Made by a program: the position numbers and the translations under genes. 64,000 nt of DNA from positions 263,296 through 327,295 of the IMG/VR virus record IMGVR_UViG_3300028800_000001. One strand, given 5' to 3'. Shown here piece after piece: positions 19,142 to 28,560 of the stretch (positions are counted from its first letter, which is position 1; every line of letters begins with the position of its first letter). Below the pieces are notes generated by a model, which saw nothing but the letters and a program-made list of their open reading frames with translations, ran no database searches and was not told the DNA's origin.

Positions 19142-19995
19142 TACGCCTCCACTGGCATTGGCTCAAGGGCATGTTCTTTGGCATAGAGCCGTAAGAACTC
19201 AGTAAAGACATCCGTATTGGTATCCAGTTGCCATTTTGCCCTGGCCTGTGAAAGGACATTCATCACCCAAATATATTCCTCTTGTGAATAAATCAGCACA
19301 ATCTGGCGAATAGTTGTGGTGTTATAGGTATGTAAGAAGTCTTGTGGAGTGGTGCCAATAATTTGTTCGGGGGCCGCAAAGACGGTGGTTCCTTTTTCGT
19401 CAGAAGTGGCAACGGTTCCTGGTGCATACACAGGGCTATAAGGTGCTGGCGTAAAAAGTGGATTATGCGGGGCTGGAGGACCATCATCCTCTTCCTCAAT
19501 ATATTCTTGATTGACACGCATGGACTCACGAATAGCGCTTTGCGCTTCTTCTTGTCCACCAAAGGCCATTTCCTCTAGCATACGTGCCATATCTTGCTCA
19601 GAAGTTCCTAGCGACAAAAGGTCAGCACCAATGGTAGCTTGCTCACGGAGTAGCGCGAGTAACTTCTCTTGATCATCGTGGCCTGCGTCGCTGAGCTTAT
19701 TGTCAGCAACCAGATAGCCAGAGACCATGCTGTCGTCCCAGGACGCAGGCAAGAGATCCGCACGTAGCTCTTGATAACCTAAACGGCGTGCCGCTTCGAA
19801 GACGCCATGACCAGCGACCAGCAAATAGGTACCATCAGGCTGTTCTTGACACACGATACTTCTGCCTTGTCCAAAGCGGGTGAGGCTAGAAGCAATATTG
19901 CGTAGTTGTGTTTCGGTATGGACACGATAATTCTTGGGATTTGGACGCACCGCAGAGAGGGCAATGCGATGGTTTTCTTTCAGCATTTCTATCAT
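19141..19995 (-). CDS. ParB/Srx-like N-terminal domain protein
   Basis: NPKNYRVH, RFGQ, LVAGHG, YLVADN; C-terminal IRQIVL shared with 16607..17440. Confidence 0.8.
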   Translation of the reverse strand: MIEMLKENHRIALSAVRPNPKNYRVHTETQLRNIASSLTRFGQGRSIVCQEQPDGTYLLVAGHGVFEAARRLGYQELRADLLPASWDDSMVSGYLVADNKLSDAGHDDQEKLLALLREQATIGADLLSLGTSEQDMARMLEEMAFGGQEEAQSAIRESMRVNQEYIEEEDDGPPAPHNPLFTPAPYSPVYAPGTVATSDEKGTTVFAAPEQIIGTTPQDFLHTYNTTTIRQIVLIYSQEEYIWVMNVLSQARAKWQLDTNTDVFTEFLRLYAKEHALEPMPVEA

Positions 19996-20096
19996 AAAAA
20001 CTCCTCAAAATGACAAAGCCAGAGATAAGTGGATGTTTTTCTCTACTGAAAATTTGAGGAATTTTGTATAGGAGGATTGCTGCTAGTATAGCATAC

Positions 20097-20669
20097 CTAA
20101 GAAATAAACAAAAGAGAAAGAAGTGTTTCTACATTGCGCCGCAACTGTGTTGGAGTATCATTACGCAGGTGATAGCTTGGAATGGTGTGCTGATAGGCGA
20201 GAAAGACGTTGTTGATTTGGGTCTGGATACCTTTCACCCAACTCTCACTCTGGTTCCCTCTGGCCTTTCTCCGCAGCAATGCGGCCTCGCTACACAGTTC
20301 CACGAGCGTCACTTTCCCAGGAAAATTGGTTGAGAATAATTCAATACAAGAGCGCGTAAAGATGCGGCTTCCTTCAGCCAGCAACGTGTACTCTTCGAAA
20401 AAAGGATGCTGTAGCTTCTCGCACAGCGCTGGAATATCGCACAGCAGCGCGGTCGAGAGACGATCTGTCCCTGCAAAGACTTCGTTCTCTGCGTAGAGCC
20501 CAAGAAGAAGTACACGCGTCGAGGGATAGAGCTGCCCACGAACTGTACCACAACGAAACTGTGTACTGGCACAGGGGCCAAGGGCCGGAAGCAAACTGCG
20601 CACTGTGGTGGTTTTGCCAACTCCAGGCGCGCCGCCAAGAAAAACAAACGCTTTCACAAAAAACTCCAA
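20097..20669 (-). CDS. P-loop kinase, 5-hydroxymethyluracil DNA kinase-like
   Basis: GGAPGVGKTT Walker A, GTDRLS, EGSR, RRKARGNQSESW; context of DNA-modification genes. Confidence 0.7.
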   Translation of the reverse strand: MEFFVKAFVFLGGAPGVGKTTTVRSLLPALGPCASTQFRCGTVRGQLYPSTRVLLLGLYAENEVFAGTDRLSTALLCDIPALCEKLQHPFFEEYTLLAEGSRIFTRSCIELFSTNFPGKVTLVELCSEAALLRRKARGNQSESWVKGIQTQINNVFLAYQHTIPSYHLRNDTPTQLRRNVETLLSLLFIS

Positions 20670-20981
20670 GAAGAAGATAGATGTTTGGTGTTTTTTGTGA
20701 AGATGAATATTTTTTTCTCTAACCCCTCTATAGGACCAGTCTTATACAAGAGTAATAACAATCTAAGAAGATATATTACTTCTCTCAGTCTTACTCATAT
20801 ACCAGTCTTTAGAAGAGTAAGTAAGTATAGTAATAACTATATATCTTCTATAGTATATAGTCTTTCTTTTTTTTCGGCGCTCTATAAGCTATATTCTCCA
20901 AAAATCAGGACTTTATAAGAAAATCGAGACCAATTTTCACCAGTTTTGGGCGCATTTTCAAAACTCTCAGGAAAGTCGCAT

Positions 20982-21413
20982 CTAGTCCTCCCAACGTAAT
21001 TTCCAAACGTTCATACGACTTTTCTTTCCTTGTACCGTGGCCGAAAGGACAAAGCCCTGCGCACGATAGAATTTGTTGGCGTCAATGGTTTCAATCGCTT
21101 TGAGACTCACACAATGTTTTCCTGCCTGATGCGCGGCAAGAACGGTACGTGCTACCAGCATGTTTCCAATACCTTTGCGACGAGTATTTTGATCGACACA
21201 AAGATAGGAAAGCGTGGTTTGTTCGTCACGACGATGGTGAAAGAGCACAAAGCCCACCAGTTTTTCTTCTTCCCAGGCCGTAATAAGACTTTCATGCTTT
21301 ATTGCTTCAAAGTATTGTGGGTAGAGAATAAAGCCAAGCTCTTTTTTACTGGCAGAAGCAAGACGCGCAAGCAAAGGAACGTCTTCGTCACACGCGGGGC
21401 GTAGCGCAATCAT
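20982..21413 (-). CDS. GNAT acetyltransferase
   Basis: RRKGIG acetyl-CoA motif, ANKFYRAQGF. Confidence 0.9.
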   Translation of the reverse strand: MIALRPACDEDVPLLARLASASKKELGFILYPQYFEAIKHESLITAWEEEKLVGFVLFHHRRDEQTTLSYLCVDQNTRRKGIGNMLVARTVLAAHQAGKHCVSLKAIETIDANKFYRAQGFVLSATVQGKKSRMNVWKLRWED

Positions 21414-22288
21414 ATGAGACTCCTCAATTGACTACAGAGCAGCGGTGCCATGCGTACTCCAGAGCCACCCATCGCAGGAGCATAATAGATGTCATCTTGT
21501 TTGTAGAGTTGTTTTTTGAGTGCCATTGCTGGCCTCCATCCTTCTATCAGGGGTTGCTCTTCTTCCGCAACCAGGACAAGATCACCGGTAAGCCGCGCAA
21601 AAAGTTCTTTCCAAAGCGCATACTTTGGCTCCATGCTGTAGCCTTTCAGTTTCTTTTGCGAGAGGGTAGAACTGCCTGCATAGTGATAGGGGGTATTCGG
21701 CACAAGATTGGCATAGGCAAACTGAAAACGATTCTCTCGTAAATAAAAGGTTGGCCGCGCTGGTGAGGCAATAAGCACTTCTTCAGAGACCAATAACTTT
21801 ACTTTGCGTGACCAGCCCCATACATAGTGATCGGCAATGCGAAAGCCATGTGAAATGATCTGTTGTGCGCCAGTAGGCACATCGTCAGTGCGCCGTTCGG
21901 CAAAAAAGAGCCGACTTTGCTCAACAAAGCGCTGAACATTGAAGTGATAACTTGGATACGCACCAAGATAGAGAGGTCCGATATGGGTGAGAATATCATA
22001 TTTGGCTCCATGTGGCGGATGTTTACTGGAAAACCAGAATGCGCCATTTTCACTCAGGCGTCCCAGGTGTGCCGTCCAGGGTGCGCCTCGCTGGTGCCAC
22101 TTTGACCAGCCATGGTAGGCTCGCATCTCTTCTGGCTCTCCGCTTGGATAGATGAGCCCTGTACTGGCTTTCCAGGCAACATGTTCCGCATCGATATCGT
22201 TCCAGGTAAATGCTTTTTTTGCGGCGAAGAGTTCCCAGGCAAAAAAGGCACCAAGAACGCCCATGCCATGTAAATGATAGTGTGTCAT
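21410..22288 (-). CDS. FAD-dependent oxidoreductase (DAO/glycine oxidase-like)
   Basis: N-terminal GMGVLG, ASTGL, EGWRP, GGSGVRMAP. Confidence 0.75.
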   Translation of the reverse strand: MTHYHLHGMGVLGAFFAWELFAAKKAFTWNDIDAEHVAWKASTGLIYPSGEPEEMRAYHGWSKWHQRGAPWTAHLGRLSENGAFWFSSKHPPHGAKYDILTHIGPLYLGAYPSYHFNVQRFVEQSRLFFAERRTDDVPTGAQQIISHGFRIADHYVWGWSRKVKLLVSEEVLIASPARPTFYLRENRFQFAYANLVPNTPYHYAGSSTLSQKKLKGYSMEPKYALWKELFARLTGDLVLVAEEEQPLIEGWRPAMALKKQLYKQDDIYYAPAMGGSGVRMAPLLCSQLRSLI

Positions 22289-23190
22289 CGAAGAAGTAAG
22301 ACTCCTGTCTTTTTATAGAGTGTTTTGCGCACGCGGTCTGGCCCATTCCAGCCATGCACTTCTCCCAGGTAGGCATCAGGGAACAACTCAGCGCGTAAAC
22401 TAAAAAGTTCTTTAGCTTCTAGTGGAGAAAGCGTGTAAAGTTGCGCAAGCATTTGATCAATATCATGACCGATATAATAGCGTCCTTCATAGACGGCGTG
22501 AAAGTCACAGAGCATTGTTTCCAATTGTGCAATATGCAGCACGATATCATGTTTGTGTACACGGCGTAACAAATCTTCTCCTTGCTCGTCAAGTATGCGT
22601 ACTGCCTGTGGGGTGTTACCAACAACGGTGGGATAAAAGAGAGCAAGTCCTTGTCGTGGGCCACTAGAAAACTCATTGCCCATATTGGGTGCAACGAGCG
22701 GATAGTGATGCACACTCATGAGTATTTCACAGGTCTTATATGCAGCCCAGCGGCCATTGCCCCAAAAGCGTTGCAGGCGATCTGTGAGCGTTTGCCAGTT
22801 TGCATAGGGATCGCTACGGGACAATCCTTCTTGAAAAAAGGCCGTGAGACTTTCATAGGGGCGCGTGATTTCCTGCACAGAGAGCAGGTGCTTGCTGATA
22901 GTGCCGCCACGAAAGCCACGCCGTTCGGTCGCACAGGAGAGCCGCGCAAACTGCGCAGGCAGCGCACTGCGCACAGGAGTGTGAGGGTAGACGCGTGTTA
23001 CAGAACCAAGATGATAATAGCTGACGTAGAGTAGCGTATGCCAGAGCGCTTCTTCAGGAGTGAAGTGGCTGTAGAGTCGTTCAAGAAGTGGGTACACCGG
23101 ATCAACATCTTTGGTAAGCAACTGGGCATGACAAAAGGAAAGGAAATCTTGAAAAAGTTTATCTTCTGAAAAGAACATTGGATATTTCAC
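22285..23190 (-). CDS. Amino acid:DNA transferase (aGPT-Pplase2 family, HhH-GPD fold)
   Basis: DVDPVY, TERRGFR, GNGRWAAYK, SGPRQGL, ETMLCDF, GRYYIGHDID. Confidence 0.8.
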   Translation of the reverse strand: MKYPMFFSEDKLFQDFLSFCHAQLLTKDVDPVYPLLERLYSHFTPEEALWHTLLYVSYYHLGSVTRVYPHTPVRSALPAQFARLSCATERRGFRGGTISKHLLSVQEITRPYESLTAFFQEGLSRSDPYANWQTLTDRLQRFWGNGRWAAYKTCEILMSVHHYPLVAPNMGNEFSSGPRQGLALFYPTVVGNTPQAVRILDEQGEDLLRRVHKHDIVLHIAQLETMLCDFHAVYEGRYYIGHDIDQMLAQLYTLSPLEAKELFSLRAELFPDAYLGEVHGWNGPDRVRKTLYKKTGVLLLR

Positions 23191-23282
23191 TTTCTAGCAG
23201 CGCGGAGAAGAGCGTAGCAGGGTTTGCCCACCATCGCCTGAGTATTTCACGCTTTGAAGAGGACAAACCCTGAAAACGCTTC

Positions 23283-23666
23283 TTATTGTGAAGGAAGCTG
23301 TACCGCAGGAGGATTGCCTGGAACACTAGGGATCACTCCTGTTGTGCCACTAGGCAGTGTTCCCTTGCCACCCACATCTTTCCAGAAACGTTGCTCGGCT
23401 GTTTCTACAACGGGCTCTGCGGCAATGATAACTGGAGTTGCGTCAGGGACATTGACTCGCAGGTAATGCAGCGCGCCATTGATAAAGGAGAAAACAGCAA
23501 GCGTTGCGCCTTGCGTGACAATCAGTTTGATATCGTTGCTGTTTGGGGCAAGCAGGAGTGTTCCAATGGCCTCCAAGAAAACGATAGCAGCGCTGATAGC
23601 AAGCTGTAAAAATGTGTGGATGAGTGCGGCCTTTTGAGCAGAAGACATATGCATCCCTTTCTTCAT
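23283..23666 (-). CDS. Holin-like membrane protein
   Basis: Two TM helices, hydrophilic C-terminus. Confidence 0.4.
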   Translation of the reverse strand: MKKGMHMSSAQKAALIHTFLQLAISAAIVFLEAIGTLLLAPNSNDIKLIVTQGATLAVFSFINGALHYLRVNVPDATPVIIAAEPVVETAEQRFWKDVGGKGTLPSGTTGVIPSVPGNPPAVQLPSQ

Positions 23667-23754
23667 ACAAATGAAAAAGTATCATGTTTTTTCTATGAAG
23701 ATTTAGGATATGTTCCTCAGTATACCGGACTTCAAGAAGAGGTGCAAGAGTGGG

Positions 23755-23958
23755 TCAAAAACCATGCTCTTTTGCTTGGCGCACATCCTCTTCGCTATAA
23801 ACAAAGGTTCCGGTAATTGTTGGATGCTGTTCACTATACTTTTTCATCAGCCGATCCATCGCTTTGCGTGCGATTTTATATGCTCTTGGTGTCGCGCCAG
23901 GATCATATAAGACTTTTCGCAATCGTGCCTGTTCTTCAAGAAATTCACGGTCGTTCAT
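23755..23958 (-). CDS. Hypothetical protein
   Basis: GAGAG RBS, 67 aa. Confidence 0.45.
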   Translation of the reverse strand: MNDREFLEEQARLRKVLYDPGATPRAYKIARKAMDRLMKKYSEQHPTITGTFVYSEEDVRQAKEHGF

Positions 23959-24098
23959 CAGGTTCTCCTCTTTTTAGTACTTTTTGTTTTGAGTATAGCA
24001 GCCGTGTCCTCCATCCCAGTTTTGAGTTTTCTCCAAAGTGGCTCTGATTTTATAATAGGATGGAAATTGGACAATATAGTAAATGAGATACGAAAAAA

Positions 24099-24629
24099 GT
24101 GCTAAAAAAAGAAAGTGAGACGGCTGTGAGCTGTACTGAAATTTACGTTGAACGAAAAAATGGAGATGTTGAACACTACGGTGATGCCCATAACGCCTGG
24201 GGTGGAGCGATGCATATCTGGATGACACTTAAAGAGCACTACGCCATCAGTGGTCGTGATCTCTTTGGTGGCTTTGAAGCGCTCTGGAGTCGCATTCAGG
24301 AATACGCACCAATGGATCAGTGGGTGCTGGCCTCCACCTTTGATGGAATGATCATTCCTGTCGAGACACTGGGCATTTTCCTTGGGCATCTCAAGAACTT
24401 CATCAAAGCGCATCCAACGGACACCTTAAAAGAAGAGTTGAGCATTCTCACGCGAGCGCTTAGTGACACAGAGGTGGTAGGCGTGTGCTTCAATCAGACC
24501 AGTGTCAATAGTAATCCCTGGTATGTCTACAATTCTGAAGAAGACGAAGGACGACCATACAATACGCAGCAGGACAGCGACCATCAGCGTTTAACGCCGG
24601 ACTACTTTACTACTTCTGAAAATACCTAG
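24099..24629 (+). CDS. Hypothetical phage protein
   Basis: Long ORF with protein-like composition; start uncertain. Confidence 0.55.
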   Translation: MLKKESETAVSCTEIYVERKNGDVEHYGDAHNAWGGAMHIWMTLKEHYAISGRDLFGGFEALWSRIQEYAPMDQWVLASTFDGMIIPVETLGIFLGHLKNFIKAHPTDTLKEELSILTRALSDTEVVGVCFNQTSVNSNPWYVYNSEEDEGRPYNTQQDSDHQRLTPDYFTTSENT

Positions 24630-24665
24630 AAAATTATTGACTTTTCCCGTGAAAACGGGTATACT
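24614..24665 (+). promoter_or_regulatory. Sigma70-type promoter with conserved upstream element
   Basis: TTCTGAAAATACC-N10-TTGACT-N17-TATACT. Confidence 0.65.
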
Positions 24666-24674
24666 GAGAGTACG

Positions 24675-25265
24675 GTGAGTGCTGTACTCTCCAGGTTGCA
24701 AGAGAGAAAAAAGATGTTTGAAAGCAATATGCACAGAGTGTACGGCGATGCCTACACCATCAGCGCCTCCTACCAATTGCAGGAAGATGGTCTCTATGTA
24801 CATGATCTGGACAAAGATGGCATACGACTCCTTTCTAGTGTGGAGATATCCACCATCAATACCTATCTGGATACGCATGTACGCGCCAAAGATTCTGTCA
24901 ACGACATCGCTTTTATGGGAAACCTTTCAGGCTACGCATATCAGAAACTTCGCTTAGAGCAGACGCAAGCAGACATGCCAGAGGTTGTAGCGGGGCGCTG
25001 GATTGTGACGTGGCCGTATCTTACCAGAACTCCCACGTCAGGCAGTCTTGCGGTGCGCCACGATCTTTTTTACGATTGGGTATGTGTACTCAAAGCCAGC
25101 AAGCCACAAGAAATTTTAGAGTATCTTGCAACGCATCTCTTACTCGATGAGCTGATTACCTTTCAGGAAGAGGAGGACGCCGTCTACGATTACCCGTCAT
25201 TTCACAAAGAGATACGAAGCAGGGAAAGAGAACGGCGCGTACAACGAAACGGCACTATCTTATGA
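24675..25265 (+). CDS. Hypothetical protein
   Basis: ORF directly after promoter; ATGA overlap with next gene. Confidence 0.55.
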   Translation: MSAVLSRLQERKKMFESNMHRVYGDAYTISASYQLQEDGLYVHDLDKDGIRLLSSVEISTINTYLDTHVRAKDSVNDIAFMGNLSGYAYQKLRLEQTQADMPEVVAGRWIVTWPYLTRTPTSGSLAVRHDLFYDWVCVLKASKPQEILEYLATHLLLDELITFQEEEDAVYDYPSFHKEIRSRERERRVQRNGTIL

Positions 25266-25597
25266 GTGATTACTACAACGAGTGCCTGGAGACGGTGAAG
25301 AACCGTTTTCCCGAATTGCTCTTTGAGCTCTATGACCGACGTGATCCGGTGTATCTGCGCAGCAATTTTGATACCATCGTACAGGGGATTGAGCATCTGA
25401 TGCCGGTTGGTGCTCAGGTCTGGACGCTCACCCTCGCAGAGGCGCAAAGCGTCACCGCAATTGGCTATCTAGAACTGATCAAGCGCAGCGACGAAACCGT
25501 TAAGATTGCTTTTATGGATGTTCCAGCACAGTATAAGCAACCAATTCTTGAGAGTCTTGCCCTGTTCTTTAGTATTCAGGAGTTGGAGAAACTATGA
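25262..25597 (+). CDS. Hypothetical protein
   Basis: Translationally coupled on both sides. Confidence 0.6.
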   Translation: MSDYYNECLETVKNRFPELLFELYDRRDPVYLRSNFDTIVQGIEHLMPVGAQVWTLTLAEAQSVTAIGYLELIKRSDETVKIAFMDVPAQYKQPILESLALFFSIQELEKL

Positions 25598-25896
25598 GCG
25601 TGTACGTTGATCCGCTTTTTACTACCACGCCAAAGGCGAATTGGGCGTATAAAAAAGCATGCCATATGACGGCTGACACTGAAGAAGAACTGCACGCAAT
25701 GGCAGAGCGTCTGGGACTCAAACGCTCCTGGTTTCAAAATCATCATCCACGCGCCGTCTTCTGGCATTACGATTTAACCGTAAACAAACGCAGGCAGGCC
25801 ATTGATTACGGAGCTGTTCCCATCACAGGGCAGCAAGTATTGGCACGTGTTCTGGCATACAACGAACGAGAACGAAAAGAGAAAGAAACGAATTAA
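25594..25896 (+). CDS. DUF4031 family protein
   Basis: VYVD, CHMTADTEEELHAMAERLGLKRSWFQ, HYDLT. Confidence 0.85.
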   Translation: MSVYVDPLFTTTPKANWAYKKACHMTADTEEELHAMAERLGLKRSWFQNHHPRAVFWHYDLTVNKRRQAIDYGAVPITGQQVLARVLAYNERERKEKETN

Positions 25897-25983
25897 TTAA
25901 TTTTTCAACCTTCTTTTTATAAAAATAAAAAATAATTAATTATTTATTTCCAATCTTACTATGAGAAGGAGGATCTTTTTTTT

Positions 25984-28560
25984 ATGGCACTAGCACTCGC
26001 ACCGCGACCATATCAGCAAGAAGCATTTGATGCGATTATGGCACAGAATATCAAAGCATTGGTGAAGCTCCCGACAGGGTGCGGGAAAACTTTGTTGTTC
26101 CCGATGTTGGCAAGGCATAAACGTTTTAGCAAAAAGATAACGCTTATTCTGGCAGAGCACGAAGAACTGTTAGAACAGGCCCGTGATAAGATTTTGCGCA
26201 TGTACCCCAATGCTGACGTTGGTATTGTGGGCTTTGGGAAAGCGGAGTGGGACCATCGGATAATTCTAGGGGGCGTGGATACGCTTTCCTATTCAAAGCG
26301 CTTAGAGAAATTGGCAACGCTGGATATCGGGTTAGTTATCTGTGACGAGTGTTTTCCGGCAGGAACACTTGTTGACGGGCGTCCTATTGAGACGTTGAAA
26401 GTTGGTGATACTGTCACGGCGTTTGATGAGAAAACGCAGACGTTTGCACAAAGACGTATCACTTCTGTCTCTCAGAAGTCGGCAGTAAGACTTTTAAAAA
26501 TTATAGTAAATGGTGCATCGGTAGTATGCACGCCAAACCATCCATTTTACACTGAATCTGGATGGAAATATGCTGAGAACATTTTGGTAGGAGAGAGAAT
26601 ACTGTATGCAAATCTTACTAGCAACGTGCCCGATTTGCGAGCAACAATTTCCGGTGTTGGAAAGTCACAAGCGAATCAAGTTCAGGAAAGGAATTCCAGT
26701 GTTTTGCTCACCAACATGCACAAAGATTGCAGTCTCAAAGATGAATTCAGAGAGAATGGCGAAGACAAACAAGAAATATGCTTCGCAGCGTATGAGAAGA
26801 AACAATCCGATGCGCAACGAATCTTCGAGAAAGAAAATGAGATCAACTTTGGTGGCAATGGGACATGTTCCGAAGATTCGTGGGGGCAACGGAAAAGGAT
26901 TAACAGTTCCGCAGCGGCTTTTGTTCGAGAGACTTGGTTGGGAACCGAAAGAAACTATTGTGAGAACGAACATAGTGAAAGCGGAGAATCTAGAGCGGTA
27001 TCCAACACATTACAAGGTGGACATTGGCAACGAAGCGCTGATGATAGCTATAGAAATCGATGGGGGGTCTCATTATTCGATAATGAGGAGAAAACAGGAC
27101 GCGAAGAAAACGAAGTTTCTTGTTGGAAGAGGGTGGACGGTATTGAGGTTTACGAACCAGGAAGTGATGGAACATTTGGAGGATTGTGTCCAGGCGGTTC
27201 AGTCTACAATTTTGAAGTCGAAGACCTCCATACCTATACAGCAAATGGCTTCGTAGTTCATAACTGCCATCATGCGGTCACCAAGAGCTATCTAGATATC
27301 TTTGCGGCCTGCAAAAATGCTTTTTTGTATGGCAATACTGCAACGGTGGATCGCCATGATCAGCGTGACATTACGGCTATCTTTGGCCCACCGGTTTACA
27401 GTAAATCTATTAATGAAATGATTGATGCCGAATATCTTTGTGGCATCGTTCCTTTTACTATTCGAACACAGAACACCATCAATGTTGCGGTTTCTGCAAC
27501 CTCTGGTGATTATAGTGAAGCGCGGCTGGAGCAGGCCGTCAATCGAAAGGATCGTAATGATTGCATCGTTCGGGCGTGTTGTGAAGAAAAGTATGGTGGA
27601 CCTGATTTGCCTACTGTTGTCTTTTGTGCTGGTACGCAGCATGCGAAAGAGCAGGCTTTGGCATATGTTCGAGCAGGAATACCTGCCGCGCATATTACGA
27701 TGGATGTTCCCAAAGAAATTCGTGAACAGCATTATGCTGATTTTGCTACCGGCGCAATTAAAGTCCTCACCAATGTCCAAATTCTTACTGAAGGATGGGA
27801 CGCGGATGTACGAAGGATTGTGTTTGCCCGTCCTACAAAAAGTCGCCCTCTCTTCACTCAAATGCTGGGGCGCGGGACTCGTATCGCTCCTGGTAAGGAA
27901 GCTTGTATTCTCTTAGATTTTACCGACAATTATCTTGACCATGATCTTGAGCCCTGCACACTAGAAGATGTTCTTGGTGTACCAGTACGCGAAGGGGTGG
28001 ATTGCCGAGAGGTTATTCGTAAAGAGAAGGAGGCCAGTGGTGGCGCGGTTCCTGAAGACGGTGAAGAGAAGAAAAAGCGTGAGAAGCAGGAAATTGACGA
28101 GCGCAACAAACTGGTTGAGAAGCAGCTCACGTTCCGCTACAAGTGGCAGCAGGTGCAAGGTGGCGCATACATTGCCACCGTTGGCGATAAGCGTGCCGGA
28201 GGCGATTTGATCCTCTACCCATCAAAAGCCGGTGGTTATATCGTCGGGGTCTCCTATAAAGAAACACCAATGGCAAAGCAACCAAAAGAGGTGGTGGTTG
28301 CAAGAAACGTGCCGCTTTCCTGGGCTCAATCAATTGCAGAGCAGCAAGGGAAAAACTTGCAACTGGGCAATTATCAATTTATTGATCCTGATGCTCCCTG
28401 GCGGAAAAGTAAGCCATCGCAGGCGCAACTTGACCAAATCAAAATGCTTTCAAAAGCAACTTATGGGAAAATTCTTCCAAAGAAGAATATGACCAAGGGT
28501 GAAGCTTCAGAACTGATCTCTAAAGGGTTTGCGCTCTTGCAGCAAAAAGGGAGAAAGTAA
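25984..28560 (+). CDS. Superfamily 2 DEAD/DEAH helicase (Irc3/UvsW-like) containing an intein
   Basis: RPYQ, LPTGCGKT, DE[intein]CHH, TAT, LTEGWD, QMLGRGTR. Confidence 0.9.
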   Translation: MALALAPRPYQQEAFDAIMAQNIKALVKLPTGCGKTLLFPMLARHKRFSKKITLILAEHEELLEQARDKILRMYPNADVGIVGFGKAEWDHRIILGGVDTLSYSKRLEKLATLDIGLVICDECFPAGTLVDGRPIETLKVGDTVTAFDEKTQTFAQRRITSVSQKSAVRLLKIIVNGASVVCTPNHPFYTESGWKYAENILVGERILYANLTSNVPDLRATISGVGKSQANQVQERNSSVLLTNMHKDCSLKDEFRENGEDKQEICFAAYEKKQSDAQRIFEKENEINFGGNGTCSEDSWGQRKRINSSAAAFVRETWLGTERNYCENEHSESGESRAVSNTLQGGHWQRSADDSYRNRWGVSLFDNEEKTGREENEVSCWKRVDGIEVYEPGSDGTFGGLCPGGSVYNFEVEDLHTYTANGFVVHNCHHAVTKSYLDIFAACKNAFLYGNTATVDRHDQRDITAIFGPPVYSKSINEMIDAEYLCGIVPFTIRTQNTINVAVSATSGDYSEARLEQAVNRKDRNDCIVRACCEEKYGGPDLPTVVFCAGTQHAKEQALAYVRAGIPAAHITMDVPKEIREQHYADFATGAIKVLTNVQILTEGWDADVRRIVFARPTKSRPLFTQMLGRGTRIAPGKEACILLDFTDNYLDHDLEPCTLEDVLGVPVREGVDCREVIRKEKEASGGAVPEDGEEKKKREKQEIDERNKLVEKQLTFRYKWQQVQGGAYIATVGDKRAGGDLILYPSKAGGYIVGVSYKETPMAKQPKEVVVARNVPLSWAQSIAEQQGKNLQLGNYQFIDPDAPWRKSKPSQAQLDQIKMLSKATYGKILPKKNMTKGEASELISKGFALLQQKGRK
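26350..27264 (+). mobile_element. Intein (305 aa) inserted in helicase Walker B (DE/CH)
   Basis: Starts CFPAGTLV, block B CTPNHPF, ends VYNFEVEDLHTYTANGFVVHN followed by Cys. Confidence 0.9.
26606..27256 (+). CDS. Vsr/DUF559-like endonuclease nested in the intein in the +1 frame
   Basis: CPIC...CSPTC zinc ribbon, YKVDI, IEIDGGSH, DAKK..FL...GWTVLRFTN; AGGAGAG RBS upstream of ATG 26606. Confidence 0.8.
   Translation: MQILLATCPICEQQFPVLESHKRIKFRKGIPVFCSPTCTKIAVSKMNSERMAKTNKKYASQRMRRNNPMRNESSRKKMRSTLVAMGHVPKIRGGNGKGLTVPQRLLFERLGWEPKETIVRTNIVKAENLERYPTHYKVDIGNEALMIAIEIDGGSHYSIMRRKQDAKKTKFLVGRGWTVLRFTNQEVMEHLEDCVQAVQSTILKSKTSIPIQQMAS

Noticed and set aside
26606-27256. Frameshift error or split intein explaining the endonuclease frame
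   Set aside because: Both frames are independently open and the nested ORF has its own RBS and ATG; read-level checking is still advisable
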